Part shown: positions 30,571-40,677 of the stretch, piece by piece | Position numbering within the stretch: the stretch's first letter is position 1 | Layout: each line of letters begins with the position of its first letter | DNA from: Sphingobacteriales bacterium | Lineage (GTDB): Bacteria > Bacteroidota > Bacteroidia > Sphingobacteriales > Sphingobacteriaceae | Direction: 5' to 3' | DNA: 64,000 nt | Assembly: GCA_028288165.1 (NCBI GenBank) | Contig: JAQBOG010000036.1 | Coordinates: 11,202-75,201, forward strand | Notes under the pieces: generated by a model | What the model was told of the DNA's origin: nothing | What the model saw: only the letters and a program-made list of their open reading frames with translations | Databases searched by the model: none | Translations under genes and position numbers: made by a program

Positions 30571-30945
30571 TTAAAGTTTAATATTATTGTTTTCGGGGTT
30601 TTCATCGATGTTAATATCTCTTCCTTCTATAGAGGTGGTAACTGCATAAGCCAGTTCAAGCCAGGTTACATCTAGTTTTTTAAGAACCTCAGTGCCAGCT
30701 GCAGATATCACATAATATTTTCTCGGTGGGCCACCCGTGGACTCTACCCAATTGTAGCTTAATAAGCCATTATTTTTCAGTCGTGTTAGCAAAGGGTATA
30801 AGGTGCCTTCTACCACCAAGAGTTTAGCTTTCCGCAATTCTTTAATGATGTCTGAGGCATATATTTCCCCTCGGGAAATAATCGATAGAATACAATATTC
30901 TAGTATTCCCTTCCTCATTTGAGTTTGAGTGTTTTCAACTATCAT
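30571..30945 (-). CDS. PadR-family transcriptional regulator
   Basis: QMRKGILEYCIL, EGTLYPLLTRL and GPPRKYY motifs; start moved to ATG 30945. Confidence 0.93.
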   Translation of the reverse strand: MIVENTQTQMRKGILEYCILSIISRGEIYASDIIKELRKAKLLVVEGTLYPLLTRLKNNGLLSYNWVESTGGPPRKYYVISAAGTEVLKKLDVTWLELAYAVTTSIEGRDINIDENPENNNIKL

Positions 30946-30949
30946 ATTA

Positions 30950-30990
30950 CAAAGATATGTGCTTTCTTTAGTAATATGCAATACATAGTA
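30950..30990 (-). promoter_or_regulatory. padR promoter (TATCTTTG) with an upstream palindrome, putative PadR operator
   Basis: TAnnTTTG at 30950-30957; taatatg-caata-catagta near-palindrome at 30972-30990. Confidence 0.5.
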
Positions 30991-31351
30991 GTGTTTATTT
31001 TTGCATTTTGTAGTTTATTCGATATAAGCCTCTGTTAGTCAGATATATAAAATTTTTAATGCATGCCTTTGTAGTGAATGCGATAAAAATCATGCTACTA
31101 CAGTATAGCAGAAAGGAAGGAGCGATTATTGTTACTATAGCAATAATTTTGGATTAATTATTGAGCGACCAAAAAAGCTGGTTTTTGTAACAAAAAAGTT
31201 TAAAATTTTCGAAGTAGTATGCGTGCAGTCAAAATATTATTTTGCGTATATTAGAATTGTCAAAAGAAATCTACTATTTGAGCCGCCTTCGTTATAGAAT
31301 TTGCAAATAAAATTTATTAAAGTTGCCTAACTTGCGATTAATTTAATATTT

Positions 31352-31367
31352 TGTTAAAAAATGTTAA
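31352..31367 (-). promoter_or_regulatory. TTAACA-N4-TTAACA direct-repeat box upstream of susC
   Basis: tgttaa-aaaa-tgttaa on the plus strand. Confidence 0.45.
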
Positions 31368-31501
31368 ATTTTAAGTAGCTGTTTATCAGCTTCTTGTGGC
31401 GATAAATAAATATTTTTTGTTAATTGATTTTGATACGCAGTAACATTTAGCGATTTTTAAATAAATAGTTCATTTACTTCACATTAAATCTAACAATCAG
31501 T

Positions 31502-34500
31502 ATGAAAAAAAGACTCCTACATAGTTTGTTTTTGATGCTTTTCATTGCCTCCCAGGCATTAGCTCAAGATCGCACTGTTACGGGTACAGTAACGGCAAAA
31601 GAGGACGGATTACCGCTCCCCGGCGTAAGTGTAAAAGTAAGTGGTACCCAGGTAGGCACTCAGACTGGAGCCGACGGAAAATTTGCTTTAACTGTACCTT
31701 CTGGAAGGAACAGCCTTCAATTCTCGTATATCGGATATACGGGTCAAACAATTACAATTCCATCTGGCAATATTGTAAATGTTACTTTAGTTTCTGACTC
31801 GAAAGTTTTAGGTGAAGTTGTGGTTTCTGCTTTAGGTTTAAGCAGAGAAAGAAGAACTCTTGGCTATGCGGCCACTTCAGTTAATTCAGCAGAAATTAAT
31901 AAGGCATCGCCTGTTAATTTAGTACAAGGCTTGCAAGGAAAAGTTGCTGGTGTTGATATTTCTCAAACATCTGGTGCGCCAGGTGGATCAACTAAGGTAA
32001 TTTTAAGAGGATATTCTTCAATTGGAGGAAACAATCAGCCATTATATGTAGTTGACGGTGTTCCAATAAGTAATGCTCGTCCCGGAGGAGCAGCTCCAGT
32101 AGGTTCAATAGGTGACTTGGAAGAAAGCTTTGACTTTGGTAATGCAATAAATGATATCAATCCGAATGATATTGAGAATGTTAGTATTTTAAAAGGAGCA
32201 GGTGCTACTTCTCTATATGGATCTAGAGGATCCAACGGAGTTATCCTGATTACCACTAAAAGAGGTAAGGCGAATACTTTCAAAGTAGATTTCTCCTCAG
32301 CAGCATCATTCACCCAAGTTTCTGTTGTTCCTGAACTTCAAAAAACGTATGGACAAGGTTGGGATGGAACTTTCATTTTATCTGAAAATGGTAGTTGGGG
32401 TCCGAAACTTGATGGACAGATTCGTCCTTGGGGTGCAATTGTAAATAATAGCCAGTTGCTTAAACCCTTTTCTAATGTTGACAATAGGTTTAGAAATGCT
32501 TTTGAATTAGGTGGTGAGTTTAACAATACGATCACTTTAAGTGGCGGTAACGACGCTTCAACTTTTAATTTCTCTTATGGAAATGTGAATAGTGATGGTA
32601 TGATGCCTGGTGACAATGATACATATAAAAGAAACACGCTCTCTCTTGGCGCTACCACGAAGTATAAAAATTTTAACATTAGTGGAACATTGAATTATGT
32701 TGGTAAAAACTCCAGGTTTGTACAAGTTGGCCAAGGTAATTCTGGAATCGGCGCTAACTTCTATGAGGAGATATTGCAAATCCCAATAGACATCCCAATT
32801 GACGATTTAAAGGATTACAAGAATTCTTACTTCAACGTAGATAATTATTTTACTCCATTCGCGGAAAATCCATATTATCCATTAAAAGAGAATTCTGCAA
32901 GATTCAACAGTGATCGTGTTTATGGTAATATTGATTTAAAACTTAAAGCTTCTAACTGGTTGACATTCCAATTTCAACAGGGTGCAGATTTGACCAATGG
33001 TACGGATAAAATTTACCATGCTAAAAATGCACCTACAATTGGAAGTTGGAATGACGGTGCGAATGTAGAAGGTGCACAAAGGCAAGCAGATGTTGGCGAT
33101 GTTGTAGAGGGTTCGGAAAAATATTTTGAATATGATTCAAAATTGCATGCTATTTATCAGACCAAAATAAATACTGATTTTGAAATAAACGGCCTTGTTG
33201 GAGCGAATTACAATGATAGAGGCTATAGAACATTGTACACTTCAGTTGAAGATTTAACAATTCCAAACTTTTATAGTTTATCTAACTCTTTAAATAGCCC
33301 TGAAAGTGTTGGAACCTTGAGTCACAGAAGATTGTTCGGCGCGTATGCTACAGCAACACTAGGATTCAAAAATTATGCATTTTTGACATTGAATGCAAGA
33401 AATGACTGGAGCTCTACGCTTCCCCAAGGGAAAAATAGTTATTTCTATCCTGGAGCAAATTTAGCTTTAGTACTCTCTGATGCTTTAGACTTATCTTCTG
33501 CAAAGATAAGCTTATTAAAGGTTAGAGCTAGTTATGGAAGAACGGGTAATGACACCTCTCCTTACAGGACAGCTAATACATTAAGATCTGCAAATATTCC
33601 TGTTCGGGGTGGAGGAACCAGTATTACGTTCCCTATTAATGGTGTATCAGGTTTTAGTATTGCAAATACACTAAATAACGGCGCCTTACAACCTGAGATT
33701 AGTACTGAAACTGAGGTTGGTGGAGAATTGCGCTTGTTCAATAACCGTTTGGGAATTGATTTAGCATATTACAATAAAATATCTGATGGTCAAATATTAG
33801 CAATCAACATATCTCCGGCTGCGGGTTACAAAGCATTGGTTGTTAACTTTGGAAAGCTTCGTAATAGAGGTGTTGAACTAGCTTTGAACGGAAGTCCGGT
33901 AAAAAATAAAACCTTTACTTGGGATATGGGATACACCTTTACCCGTAACCGTAATTTAGTTTTAGAACTGCCTGAAGGATTAGACGAAATTGAGTTGAAC
34001 AGTGCATATGATGCAAAGTTTGTTGCTCAAAGAAATAAACCATTAGGTGTAATAACTGCGCCAGTGGAGTTGAGAGATCCTCAGGGAAGGATTGTTGTGA
34101 ATGCGGCGAATGGAATGCCGAAGCCTTCTGTAGATAATGTTTCTTATGGAGATAGCCAAAGAGACTTTATTATGGGCCTTACAAACTCATTCACAGTTAA
34201 AAATTTAACGCTAGGGTTCACTCTTGATTATCGTAAGGGTGGAGTATTTTATTCAGGAACCGCAGATTTATTGAATTTCACTGGAGGTGATATTAAAACA
34301 ACTTACAACGATAGAAAACCATTTATCGTTCCTAACTCTGTTGTAGAGATAACAGATGCTAACGGAACTGTGACTGGCTATGAAGAAAATACGGTGCCAA
34401 TAACAGAGGATCTTGTTGACGATTATTTCTATCACTCAACAAATAAGGCTCAATCTTATTACAACCGTATTTTAGATAAGTCATTTCTTAAGCTAAGAGA

Positions 34501-34729
34501 TGTAACGTTGAATTATTCATTGCCTAAATCTATTTCCAGGAAGATTAAATCAGAAAATGCTTCAATTACAATATTTGGTAGAAACTTGTATACCTGGCTA
34601 CCAAAGGGTAACAGAACTATTGACCCAGAGGTGTCAAATTACGGCAATGACTTGTCAAGTGAATTTGGTGAATTTAGAACTGGTCCATCAACACGTGTCT
34701 TTGGAGCATCTCTTAGAGTTTCATTTTAA
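31502..34729 (+). CDS. SusC/RagA TonB-dependent transporter
   Basis: PLYVVDGVP, DINPNDIENVSILKG, LYGSRGSNGVILITTK and RNDWSSTL motifs; terminal Phe. Confidence 0.96.
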   Translation: MKKRLLHSLFLMLFIASQALAQDRTVTGTVTAKEDGLPLPGVSVKVSGTQVGTQTGADGKFALTVPSGRNSLQFSYIGYTGQTITIPSGNIVNVTLVSDSKVLGEVVVSALGLSRERRTLGYAATSVNSAEINKASPVNLVQGLQGKVAGVDISQTSGAPGGSTKVILRGYSSIGGNNQPLYVVDGVPISNARPGGAAPVGSIGDLEESFDFGNAINDINPNDIENVSILKGAGATSLYGSRGSNGVILITTKRGKANTFKVDFSSAASFTQVSVVPELQKTYGQGWDGTFILSENGSWGPKLDGQIRPWGAIVNNSQLLKPFSNVDNRFRNAFELGGEFNNTITLSGGNDASTFNFSYGNVNSDGMMPGDNDTYKRNTLSLGATTKYKNFNISGTLNYVGKNSRFVQVGQGNSGIGANFYEEILQIPIDIPIDDLKDYKNSYFNVDNYFTPFAENPYYPLKENSARFNSDRVYGNIDLKLKASNWLTFQFQQGADLTNGTDKIYHAKNAPTIGSWNDGANVEGAQRQADVGDVVEGSEKYFEYDSKLHAIYQTKINTDFEINGLVGANYNDRGYRTLYTSVEDLTIPNFYSLSNSLNSPESVGTLSHRRLFGAYATATLGFKNYAFLTLNARNDWSSTLPQGKNSYFYPGANLALVLSDALDLSSAKISLLKVRASYGRTGNDTSPYRTANTLRSANIPVRGGGTSITFPINGVSGFSIANTLNNGALQPEISTETEVGGELRLFNNRLGIDLAYYNKISDGQILAINISPAAGYKALVVNFGKLRNRGVELALNGSPVKNKTFTWDMGYTFTRNRNLVLELPEGLDEIELNSAYDAKFVAQRNKPLGVITAPVELRDPQGRIVVNAANGMPKPSVDNVSYGDSQRDFIMGLTNSFTVKNLTLGFTLDYRKGGVFYSGTADLLNFTGGDIKTTYNDRKPFIVPNSVVEITDANGTVTGYEENTVPITEDLVDDYFYHSTNKAQSYYNRILDKSFLKLRDVTLNYSLPKSISRKIKSENASITIFGRNLYTWLPKGNRTIDPEVSNYGNDLSSEFGEFRTGPSTRVFGASLRVSF

Positions 34730-34743
34730 TTAAAACATCAAAT

Positions 34744-36240
34744 ATGAAATATACATATATAAATAAAAAGTGGATAGTAGCTTGTTCAGTGCTTACTCTG
34801 CTATTTAGCTGTAAAAAAACTTTAGATATCAACGTTGACCCGAATAATCCTGCTATTGAAAGCGCAACTCCTGAGGTTCTTTTTCCTGCCGGTGTTTTAT
34901 CCACGGCAGGTATGATTGGGGGCCAATTAGCTGCAGTAGGTGGTATTTGGGCTCAATATTACACTCAATCATCTAACTCTAGTCAGTTCCGTGACATAGA
35001 TGCTTATAATATAACAAACACAACCGAACAAGTAAATCTTCCTTATGAAGAATTGTTTGCCGGAGCATTGGCTGATTATAATTTAGCAATTAAAAAATCT
35101 AAAGAAAGGAAAGATAACAGGTACCTGTTGATGAATACGGTAATGAAAGCATATACGTATCAGGTGCTAGTAGATTTATATGACCAAGTACCTTATACCG
35201 AAGCTTTTCAGGGCCAAGCAAACTTACAGCCGAAATTTGATGAAGGAAAATTTATTTATACATCATTAATCGCAGAAATAGATTCAGCATTATCAAATGA
35301 CTATAGAAGTACTGCGTTTACTACTTCGCAGAGTAAAACAGACTTCTTGTTTGGTACCTATGGGTTTGATGACGAAATGGACTATTGGGAGAAATTTGCA
35401 AATACACTAAAATTAAAGATGTATTTAAGAATGGTTAATGCAGATGCAGCGGCTGCTGAAGCTGGGATACGTGCTTTATATGCCGCAAATGCTCCATTCT
35501 TAGACATTGACGCCGGTGTAGCAATTTTTGAAGATGTACCTAACAGAAGTAATCCTTTTTACGAGTATAATATTCGTAGGTTAAATACAACCACTAATAT
35601 CAGGGCAAGTGTAACGTTGTCTAGCTATTTAGTTGAAAATGATGATCCTAGAGCTGTTTCTTTTTTTGGCACAGCTAACCCATCAGCCATGCACCAAGGA
35701 GATTACGCGGCTACATTAGCTCAACAACCAACCTATGGTAACGCTAGTGTTTTCGTTCAAAGTGCAACGGATCCAGTACATTTTATTTCGAAGGCCGAAT
35801 CACATTTTATGCAAGCTGAAGCATTGGTAAGATATTTTGCAGGTGCAGGCGCTGATGTACAGTATAATGCTGGTCTTTCGGCAGCATTTGCGCAAGCAGG
35901 GTTAACCGATGCCGACATTCCAGCTACCTATGCTTATCCTGCCGCTGGTACGCCAGCTGCGAAATTAACCGCTATTCTTACTCAAAAGTGGGTTTCATTC
36001 GTTTCAGGATCGCATCAATTAGAAGGTTTCTTTGAACAGAATAGAACTGGAATTCCTGCCATTAGTCCTGTGTATTCTACTGCCGCCACATACGTCCCTG
36101 GACAGTTTGTGTATGGAAAGAATGGTATCACAGGTGGACAGTTTCCGAAGAGATTTCCTTTTCCAGATTACGAAAAATCACGAAACAACAATACTCCAGC
36201 AGAAGTTCCAATTACTACCAAAGTTTGGTGGGCTAAATAA
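34744..36240 (+). CDS. SusD/RagB lipoprotein (SusD-like_2)
   Basis: Lipobox LFSC, INVDPNNP, LVDLYDQVPYTEA, WEKFANTLKLK, RTGIP, KVWW. Confidence 0.93.
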   Translation: MKYTYINKKWIVACSVLTLLFSCKKTLDINVDPNNPAIESATPEVLFPAGVLSTAGMIGGQLAAVGGIWAQYYTQSSNSSQFRDIDAYNITNTTEQVNLPYEELFAGALADYNLAIKKSKERKDNRYLLMNTVMKAYTYQVLVDLYDQVPYTEAFQGQANLQPKFDEGKFIYTSLIAEIDSALSNDYRSTAFTTSQSKTDFLFGTYGFDDEMDYWEKFANTLKLKMYLRMVNADAAAAEAGIRALYAANAPFLDIDAGVAIFEDVPNRSNPFYEYNIRRLNTTTNIRASVTLSSYLVENDDPRAVSFFGTANPSAMHQGDYAATLAQQPTYGNASVFVQSATDPVHFISKAESHFMQAEALVRYFAGAGADVQYNAGLSAAFAQAGLTDADIPATYAYPAAGTPAAKLTAILTQKWVSFVSGSHQLEGFFEQNRTGIPAISPVYSTAATYVPGQFVYGKNGITGGQFPKRFPFPDYEKSRNNNTPAEVPITTKVWWAK

Positions 36241-36262
36241 CGATTATCTAATCAATAACAAT

Positions 36263-36919
36263 ATGAAAAGAACTATAAGTTTATATACAATATTGCTTTT
36301 TCTCATGGTGATCGCATCATGTAAGAAAGACGACTTTAACTATCCGGAAGGCCAGGTAGGAATTTCGAAGATAACTTACTTTCCTATATTAACTATGGCA
36401 GGTGCCGATATCGTGGCTGTGCCAAAAGGAGGTACCTACACAGATCCAGGCGTTACAGCGGTTGAGGGAACTGCTGAATTGGAGGTAAAAGTAGCAGGTT
36501 CTGTGAATACAGCTGCAAATGGGGTGTACACCTTAGAGTATTCAGCTGTTAATAAAGATGGATTTGCTGCAAGTGTATCAAGAACGGTTGTAGTTTATAC
36601 TACAGATGCAACAGCCGCAGCGCATGATTTATCTGGTAATTATGCAAGAAATACGAATGGTTCAATTGCGACTTGGACAAGGATTGCTCCTGGGGTTTAT
36701 AAAGTGTTTAACCCGGGGGGTGCTCCTGGTACTAGTTTGACAGTAATTGCCATTAATCCTACAGGATATGTTATAGATATTCCAGAACAGGCAGCACCAA
36801 GCGATGGATCTCCTACTAGCTCTGCTATGGAGGATTATTCAGGAATGCCAACAACTTATAAATGGCAAATAGTAAACCCAGGATATGGACCTGCTGTAAG
36901 AACCTTTGTTAAACAATAA
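36263..36919 (+). CDS. BT2262-like (DUF5011/DUF5012 Ig-like) lipoprotein
   Basis: Lipobox IASC; SKITYFP, YTDPGVTA, YSAVNKDGF; start moved from TTG 36032 to ATG 36263. Confidence 0.8.
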   Translation: MKRTISLYTILLFLMVIASCKKDDFNYPEGQVGISKITYFPILTMAGADIVAVPKGGTYTDPGVTAVEGTAELEVKVAGSVNTAANGVYTLEYSAVNKDGFAASVSRTVVVYTTDATAAAHDLSGNYARNTNGSIATWTRIAPGVYKVFNPGGAPGTSLTVIAINPTGYVIDIPEQAAPSDGSPTSSAMEDYSGMPTTYKWQIVNPGYGPAVRTFVKQ

Positions 36920-36932
36920 AGAACTAGATATT

Positions 36933-37469
36933 ATGAATAGAAGACATATAAGTTTATATACAGTCATTGCAACATTATTAGTTGCCTTATCACTAGGGTC
37001 TTGTAAAAAGGAAAGCCCAGATCCAGGTGGTACGGCTGTACAAGCTGTTGCAGGAGAATGGTGGGTGCAAGTCCGAGACGCAGATGGCAATTTTACGCCA
37101 GATTTTGCAGAGGATTACTATCACTTTGCTACTTATAATACAGCCGCAAACTCTCCAACAGAAATATGGATTGACGACCTAGAATCTTTCTGGGCGATAA
37201 AAGGAAAAATTAACGTAAACGTTTCGGCGCTTACATTTTCGTCTTCGGCACCAATTGGAAATGTGTACTACGAATCGCAATTTACGGTGGCAAATGGGAA
37301 AATCATCAATAGTGTTTCAAAAGGCCCAGTTTCTAAAGCTGTAACAGACTCTATTTATTTTGAAACTACCTTGTCAGATTTTGAAGACGCAGATGGTAAC
37401 GTGCTTCCCGATAAGGTCTTTAAACTATCGGGTTACCGTAGAACTCGTTTCTCAGAAGATGATCACTAA
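36933..37469 (+). CDS. BT2261-like lipid-binding/lipocalin-like lipoprotein
   Basis: Lipobox LGSC; GTAVQAVAGEWWV, TYNTAAN, DSIYF, GYRRTRF; start at ATG 36933. Confidence 0.8.
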   Translation: MNRRHISLYTVIATLLVALSLGSCKKESPDPGGTAVQAVAGEWWVQVRDADGNFTPDFAEDYYHFATYNTAANSPTEIWIDDLESFWAIKGKINVNVSALTFSSSAPIGNVYYESQFTVANGKIINSVSKGPVSKAVTDSIYFETTLSDFEDADGNVLPDKVFKLSGYRRTRFSEDDH

Positions 37470-37488
37470 TATTTAAACATTAATTTGT

Positions 37489-37523
37489 AAAGTGGCTGCC
37501 TAAAAGGCAGCCACTTTTGTTTT
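37489..37523. terminator. Bidirectional intrinsic terminator
   Basis: 13-bp stem aaagtggctgcct/aggcagccacttt followed by a T-rich tail; lies between convergent genes. Confidence 0.85.
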
Positions 37524-37541
37524 AATTAATTCTTCCTTTTA

Positions 37542-38795
37542 TCAACTTTCCTCTTCCCAAATCACCGCAATATTAACAATGGTCTCAACAGCTTTCCTCA
37601 TATCCTGAACAGATACCCATTCTTGTTTGCTATGAAAAGCATGCTCACCAGCAAAGATATTAGGGCACGGTAAACCCATAAACGATAGGCGAGATCCATC
37701 TGTGCCACCACGAATACTTTGTAGTTTTGGTGTTAAGCCCGCCCTCTCCATCGCTTTTATGCCAATTTCAACCAATTTGGGGCAATTATCTAAAATGCTT
37801 TTCATATTTCTGTATTGCTCGTGGAATATCAATTCATAACGAGAATTGGGGAATTTTTCGAATACCTCATCAATTATAGCCTTTAATATCCGTCGATGAT
37901 TTTCAAGTGCTTGATTGTCGAAATCTCTTAGTATTAGCTCAATTTGTGCATTTTCTACACTTCCAGAAATACCAACAGGATGAATAAAGCCATCCTTTCC
38001 CTCTGTGCTCTCCGGACACAGTGTGTCACTCGGTAAATAAGAGATAATTTCTGCCGCTATCTTAAGTGCACTTTCCATTTTGCCTTTTGCAAAGCCAGGA
38101 TGTGTACTTACTCCAACTATGTTAATTGTTGCACCATCAGCCGAAAACGTCTCATTTTCAATGGTACCTAAGCTCTCACCATCAACAGTATATGCATAGT
38201 CAGCTCCTAGTCTTGAAAGGTCTACATGGTCTACACCCCGGCCAATTTCTTCATCAGGGGTGAAAAGTATTCTAATATCACCGTGTTTTACTTCCGGATG
38301 ATTTATTAAATAATAGGCAGCATCCATAATTTCAGCAATCCCTGCTTTATTATCAGCGCCGAGCAATGTAGTTCCACTGGCGGTAATAATATCATTTCCA
38401 ATCTGGGTTTTTAAATCTGGATGATCAACCATTCTAATTACTTGGTTAGTGTCATCCGGCAAGATGATATTTTCACCATTATACTTTGAGTGAATAATGG
38501 GCTTTACATTGGTGCCGCTGCAATCAGGAGAGGTATCCATGTGCGAGCAGAAACAAATAATAGGAACCGTCTTTTTTGTGTTAGATTCGATGGTTGCATA
38601 AATATATCCATAACTATCTTGACTAACATCCGTAATACCCATTTGCAGCAACTCTTCAACGAGGAGTTTGCCTAGCGTTCTTTGCTTTTCGGTTGATGGG
38701 CTTGTTTTTGAATGTGGATCTGATTGTGTATCAATAACTACGTATTTTAAAAAACGTTCTACAACCGAATGTTTGTAATCTTGTATGGAATTCAT
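37542..38795 (-). CDS. pepT: Peptidase T (M20 tripeptidase)
   Basis: SHMDTSP, LLGADNKAG, FTPDEEIGRG, HPGFAKG and IRGGTDG motifs. Confidence 0.96.
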   Translation of the reverse strand: MNSIQDYKHSVVERFLKYVVIDTQSDPHSKTSPSTEKQRTLGKLLVEELLQMGITDVSQDSYGYIYATIESNTKKTVPIICFCSHMDTSPDCSGTNVKPIIHSKYNGENIILPDDTNQVIRMVDHPDLKTQIGNDIITASGTTLLGADNKAGIAEIMDAAYYLINHPEVKHGDIRILFTPDEEIGRGVDHVDLSRLGADYAYTVDGESLGTIENETFSADGATINIVGVSTHPGFAKGKMESALKIAAEIISYLPSDTLCPESTEGKDGFIHPVGISGSVENAQIELILRDFDNQALENHRRILKAIIDEVFEKFPNSRYELIFHEQYRNMKSILDNCPKLVEIGIKAMERAGLTPKLQSIRGGTDGSRLSFMGLPCPNIFAGEHAFHSKQEWVSVQDMRKAVETIVNIAVIWEEES

Positions 38796-38882
38796 AAGGT
38801 AGAAATGAGTAGGTTAATTGTGCGTTTATTCGCGAAAAGCAAAGTCGAATTCTCAATATTTTACTAAATTTAGAACTTTTAA

Positions 38883-39632
38883 ATGTTATCAATAATATTT
38901 AATGCTTTGAAAAAAATCTTTTTTTTCTTCTTGTTTTTTGGTTCTATAGATGCATCAGCACAACAGTTCAATTTTAGAAGATATAGTATAGGATTATCAA
39001 CCGGTGTTACACACGCTTACACCGATGTTCCCGAGATGAAAATAGCTCCAGGCATCGTAATAAGTGCCGATTATTTTGTAACTCCCTTTGTTGCTACATA
39101 TGTTGATCTTCAGTTCGGAAACATTAAGGGCGGGAGTAAAATAGTGGATTTTGCTCATTTGCCCAATAGGCATGGAAGAGAATTCACTAACACTTATTTA
39201 TCTGCTACGTTAAATGCCAGGTTAGCTCTGGCACAACTGATTTATTATGAAGACAGGGGTTTTACCAATGCTATAAGAGGATTTTACCTTGGTTTAGGGG
39301 CAGGATTCATACAAAATAACATAAAAAATGTTCGTATTCAGCCACGTCAAGTTTGGCAAACTCAAGACTATGTGTTTCCAGGGGTTGATAACAGCTTAAA
39401 TATCACGGTGCCATTGAACGTAGGCATAAATTTTGAGTTTAAAGATTCCTGGAATGAAACAAGGTATATTTTAGGTGTTAATTATCAAAGCAATTTAACA
39501 TTTGGTGAAGGTTTGGATGGTTATAATGATCCTCCTGCGATCTTCGAAAATAATGGTTTTGATATGTATAATATCGGGACCATTAGTTTGAAATATTGTT
39601 TTGGACCGTCTCACGGTTTTTATCGTCCTTAA
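38883..39632 (+). CDS. Outer-membrane beta-barrel protein (hypothetical)
   Basis: Signal peptide, alternating beta strands, LDGYND, terminal ISLKYCFG; the start may be TTG ~38907. Confidence 0.7.
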   Translation: MLSIIFNALKKIFFFFLFFGSIDASAQQFNFRRYSIGLSTGVTHAYTDVPEMKIAPGIVISADYFVTPFVATYVDLQFGNIKGGSKIVDFAHLPNRHGREFTNTYLSATLNARLALAQLIYYEDRGFTNAIRGFYLGLGAGFIQNNIKNVRIQPRQVWQTQDYVFPGVDNSLNITVPLNVGINFEFKDSWNETRYILGVNYQSNLTFGEGLDGYNDPPAIFENNGFDMYNIGTISLKYCFGPSHGFYRP

Positions 39633-39635
39633 TAT

Positions 39636-39983
39636 ATGGATATAGAATCACTTCGTGAATATTGTTTAGCTAAGCCGGGTGCTATTGAGGCTCTCCCTTT
39701 TGGAGATGAAACCCTTGTTTTTAAAGTATGTGATAAAATTTTTTTATTAACAAGCTTGAAGGGATCCGGAAGTTTCAATGTAAAGTGTGATCCTGAAAAG
39801 GCGATGACGTTAAGAGAAGAATTCACTGAAGTGCAGCCCGGTTATCACATGAATAAAAAGCATTGGAATACGGTTAGCATGAAAGGTAAGTTAACAACCC
39901 ATCAATTAAAAGAAATGATTGATCATTCTTTCGCTTTAATATTCAACAGTCTTCCTAAATCTAAACAGCAAAGCTTATCTTAA
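39636..39983 (+). CDS. MmcQ/YjbR family protein
   Basis: PFGDETLVFKV, VKCDPE and PGYHMNKKHWNTV motifs. Confidence 0.93.
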   Translation: MDIESLREYCLAKPGAIEALPFGDETLVFKVCDKIFLLTSLKGSGSFNVKCDPEKAMTLREEFTEVQPGYHMNKKHWNTVSMKGKLTTHQLKEMIDHSFALIFNSLPKSKQQSLS

Positions 39984-40002
39984 TTTGTTATTACTTTATT
40001 GA

Positions 40003-40018
40003 TTAACATACCTTAACG
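40003..40018 (+). promoter_or_regulatory. TTAACA-N4-TTAACG direct-repeat box
   Basis: ttaaca-tacc-ttaacg immediately upstream of the rhomboid gene. Confidence 0.4.
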
Positions 40019-40025
40019 ATTCTTG

Positions 40026-40667
40026 ATGGAACAATACATAACGGGAACTCCTGTTGCTACAATCATATTTTTGTTTACAATTGTTACCAGCTTGTATGCT
40101 TTTTCAAATCCAGAAGTATATGGCAAGCTAATGCTGCATCCATATAGCGTAAGCAGAGGGAAGCGAATTTATTCATTAATAACAAGCGGACTGATTCATA
40201 AGGATTGGGGTCACTTGATCATGAACATGTTATCATACTTCTTTTTTGCTTTTAAATTAGAAGCAACGTTTGTTCAATTTAATCCCCAATGGGGGCACGT
40301 TCAATTTGCCTTTTTATATTTAATAAGCTTAATATTAAGTGATGTCAGCTCCGTGATAAAACACAAGGAAGATTTTTGGTATAACAGCTTGGGTGCATCA
40401 GGTGCAGTCTGTGCGGTGGTTTTCAGCTCAATACTTTTTGATCCATTGTCTACCATGTATGTGATGCCAATTCCTTTTCCAATATACTCCGTTGTATATG
40501 GCTTTTTATTTTTAGGATACTGTATGTACGCGTCCCGTGCATCACGAGATAACATTAATCATGATGCCCATTTATACGGTGCATTAACAGGGATCTTGGT
40601 AACTGTTCTATACTACCCTGAAATCACATCTTTCTTTTTTAATCAAATAACAGGGCGTCAAGCTTAA
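40026..40667 (+). CDS. Rhomboid-family intramembrane serine protease
   Basis: LIHKDWGHLIMNM, catalytic GASG, INHDAHLYG; multiple TM helices. Confidence 0.92.
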   Translation: MEQYITGTPVATIIFLFTIVTSLYAFSNPEVYGKLMLHPYSVSRGKRIYSLITSGLIHKDWGHLIMNMLSYFFFAFKLEATFVQFNPQWGHVQFAFLYLISLILSDVSSVIKHKEDFWYNSLGASGAVCAVVFSSILFDPLSTMYVMPIPFPIYSVVYGFLFLGYCMYASRASRDNINHDAHLYGALTGILVTVLYYPEITSFFFNQITGRQA

Positions 40668-40677
40668 GTAAAGGTGC

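Noticed and set aside
36032-36262. N-terminal extension of the BT2262-like ORF overlapping susD
   Set aside because: The lipoprotein signal begins at ATG 36263; the extension is an incidental open frame.
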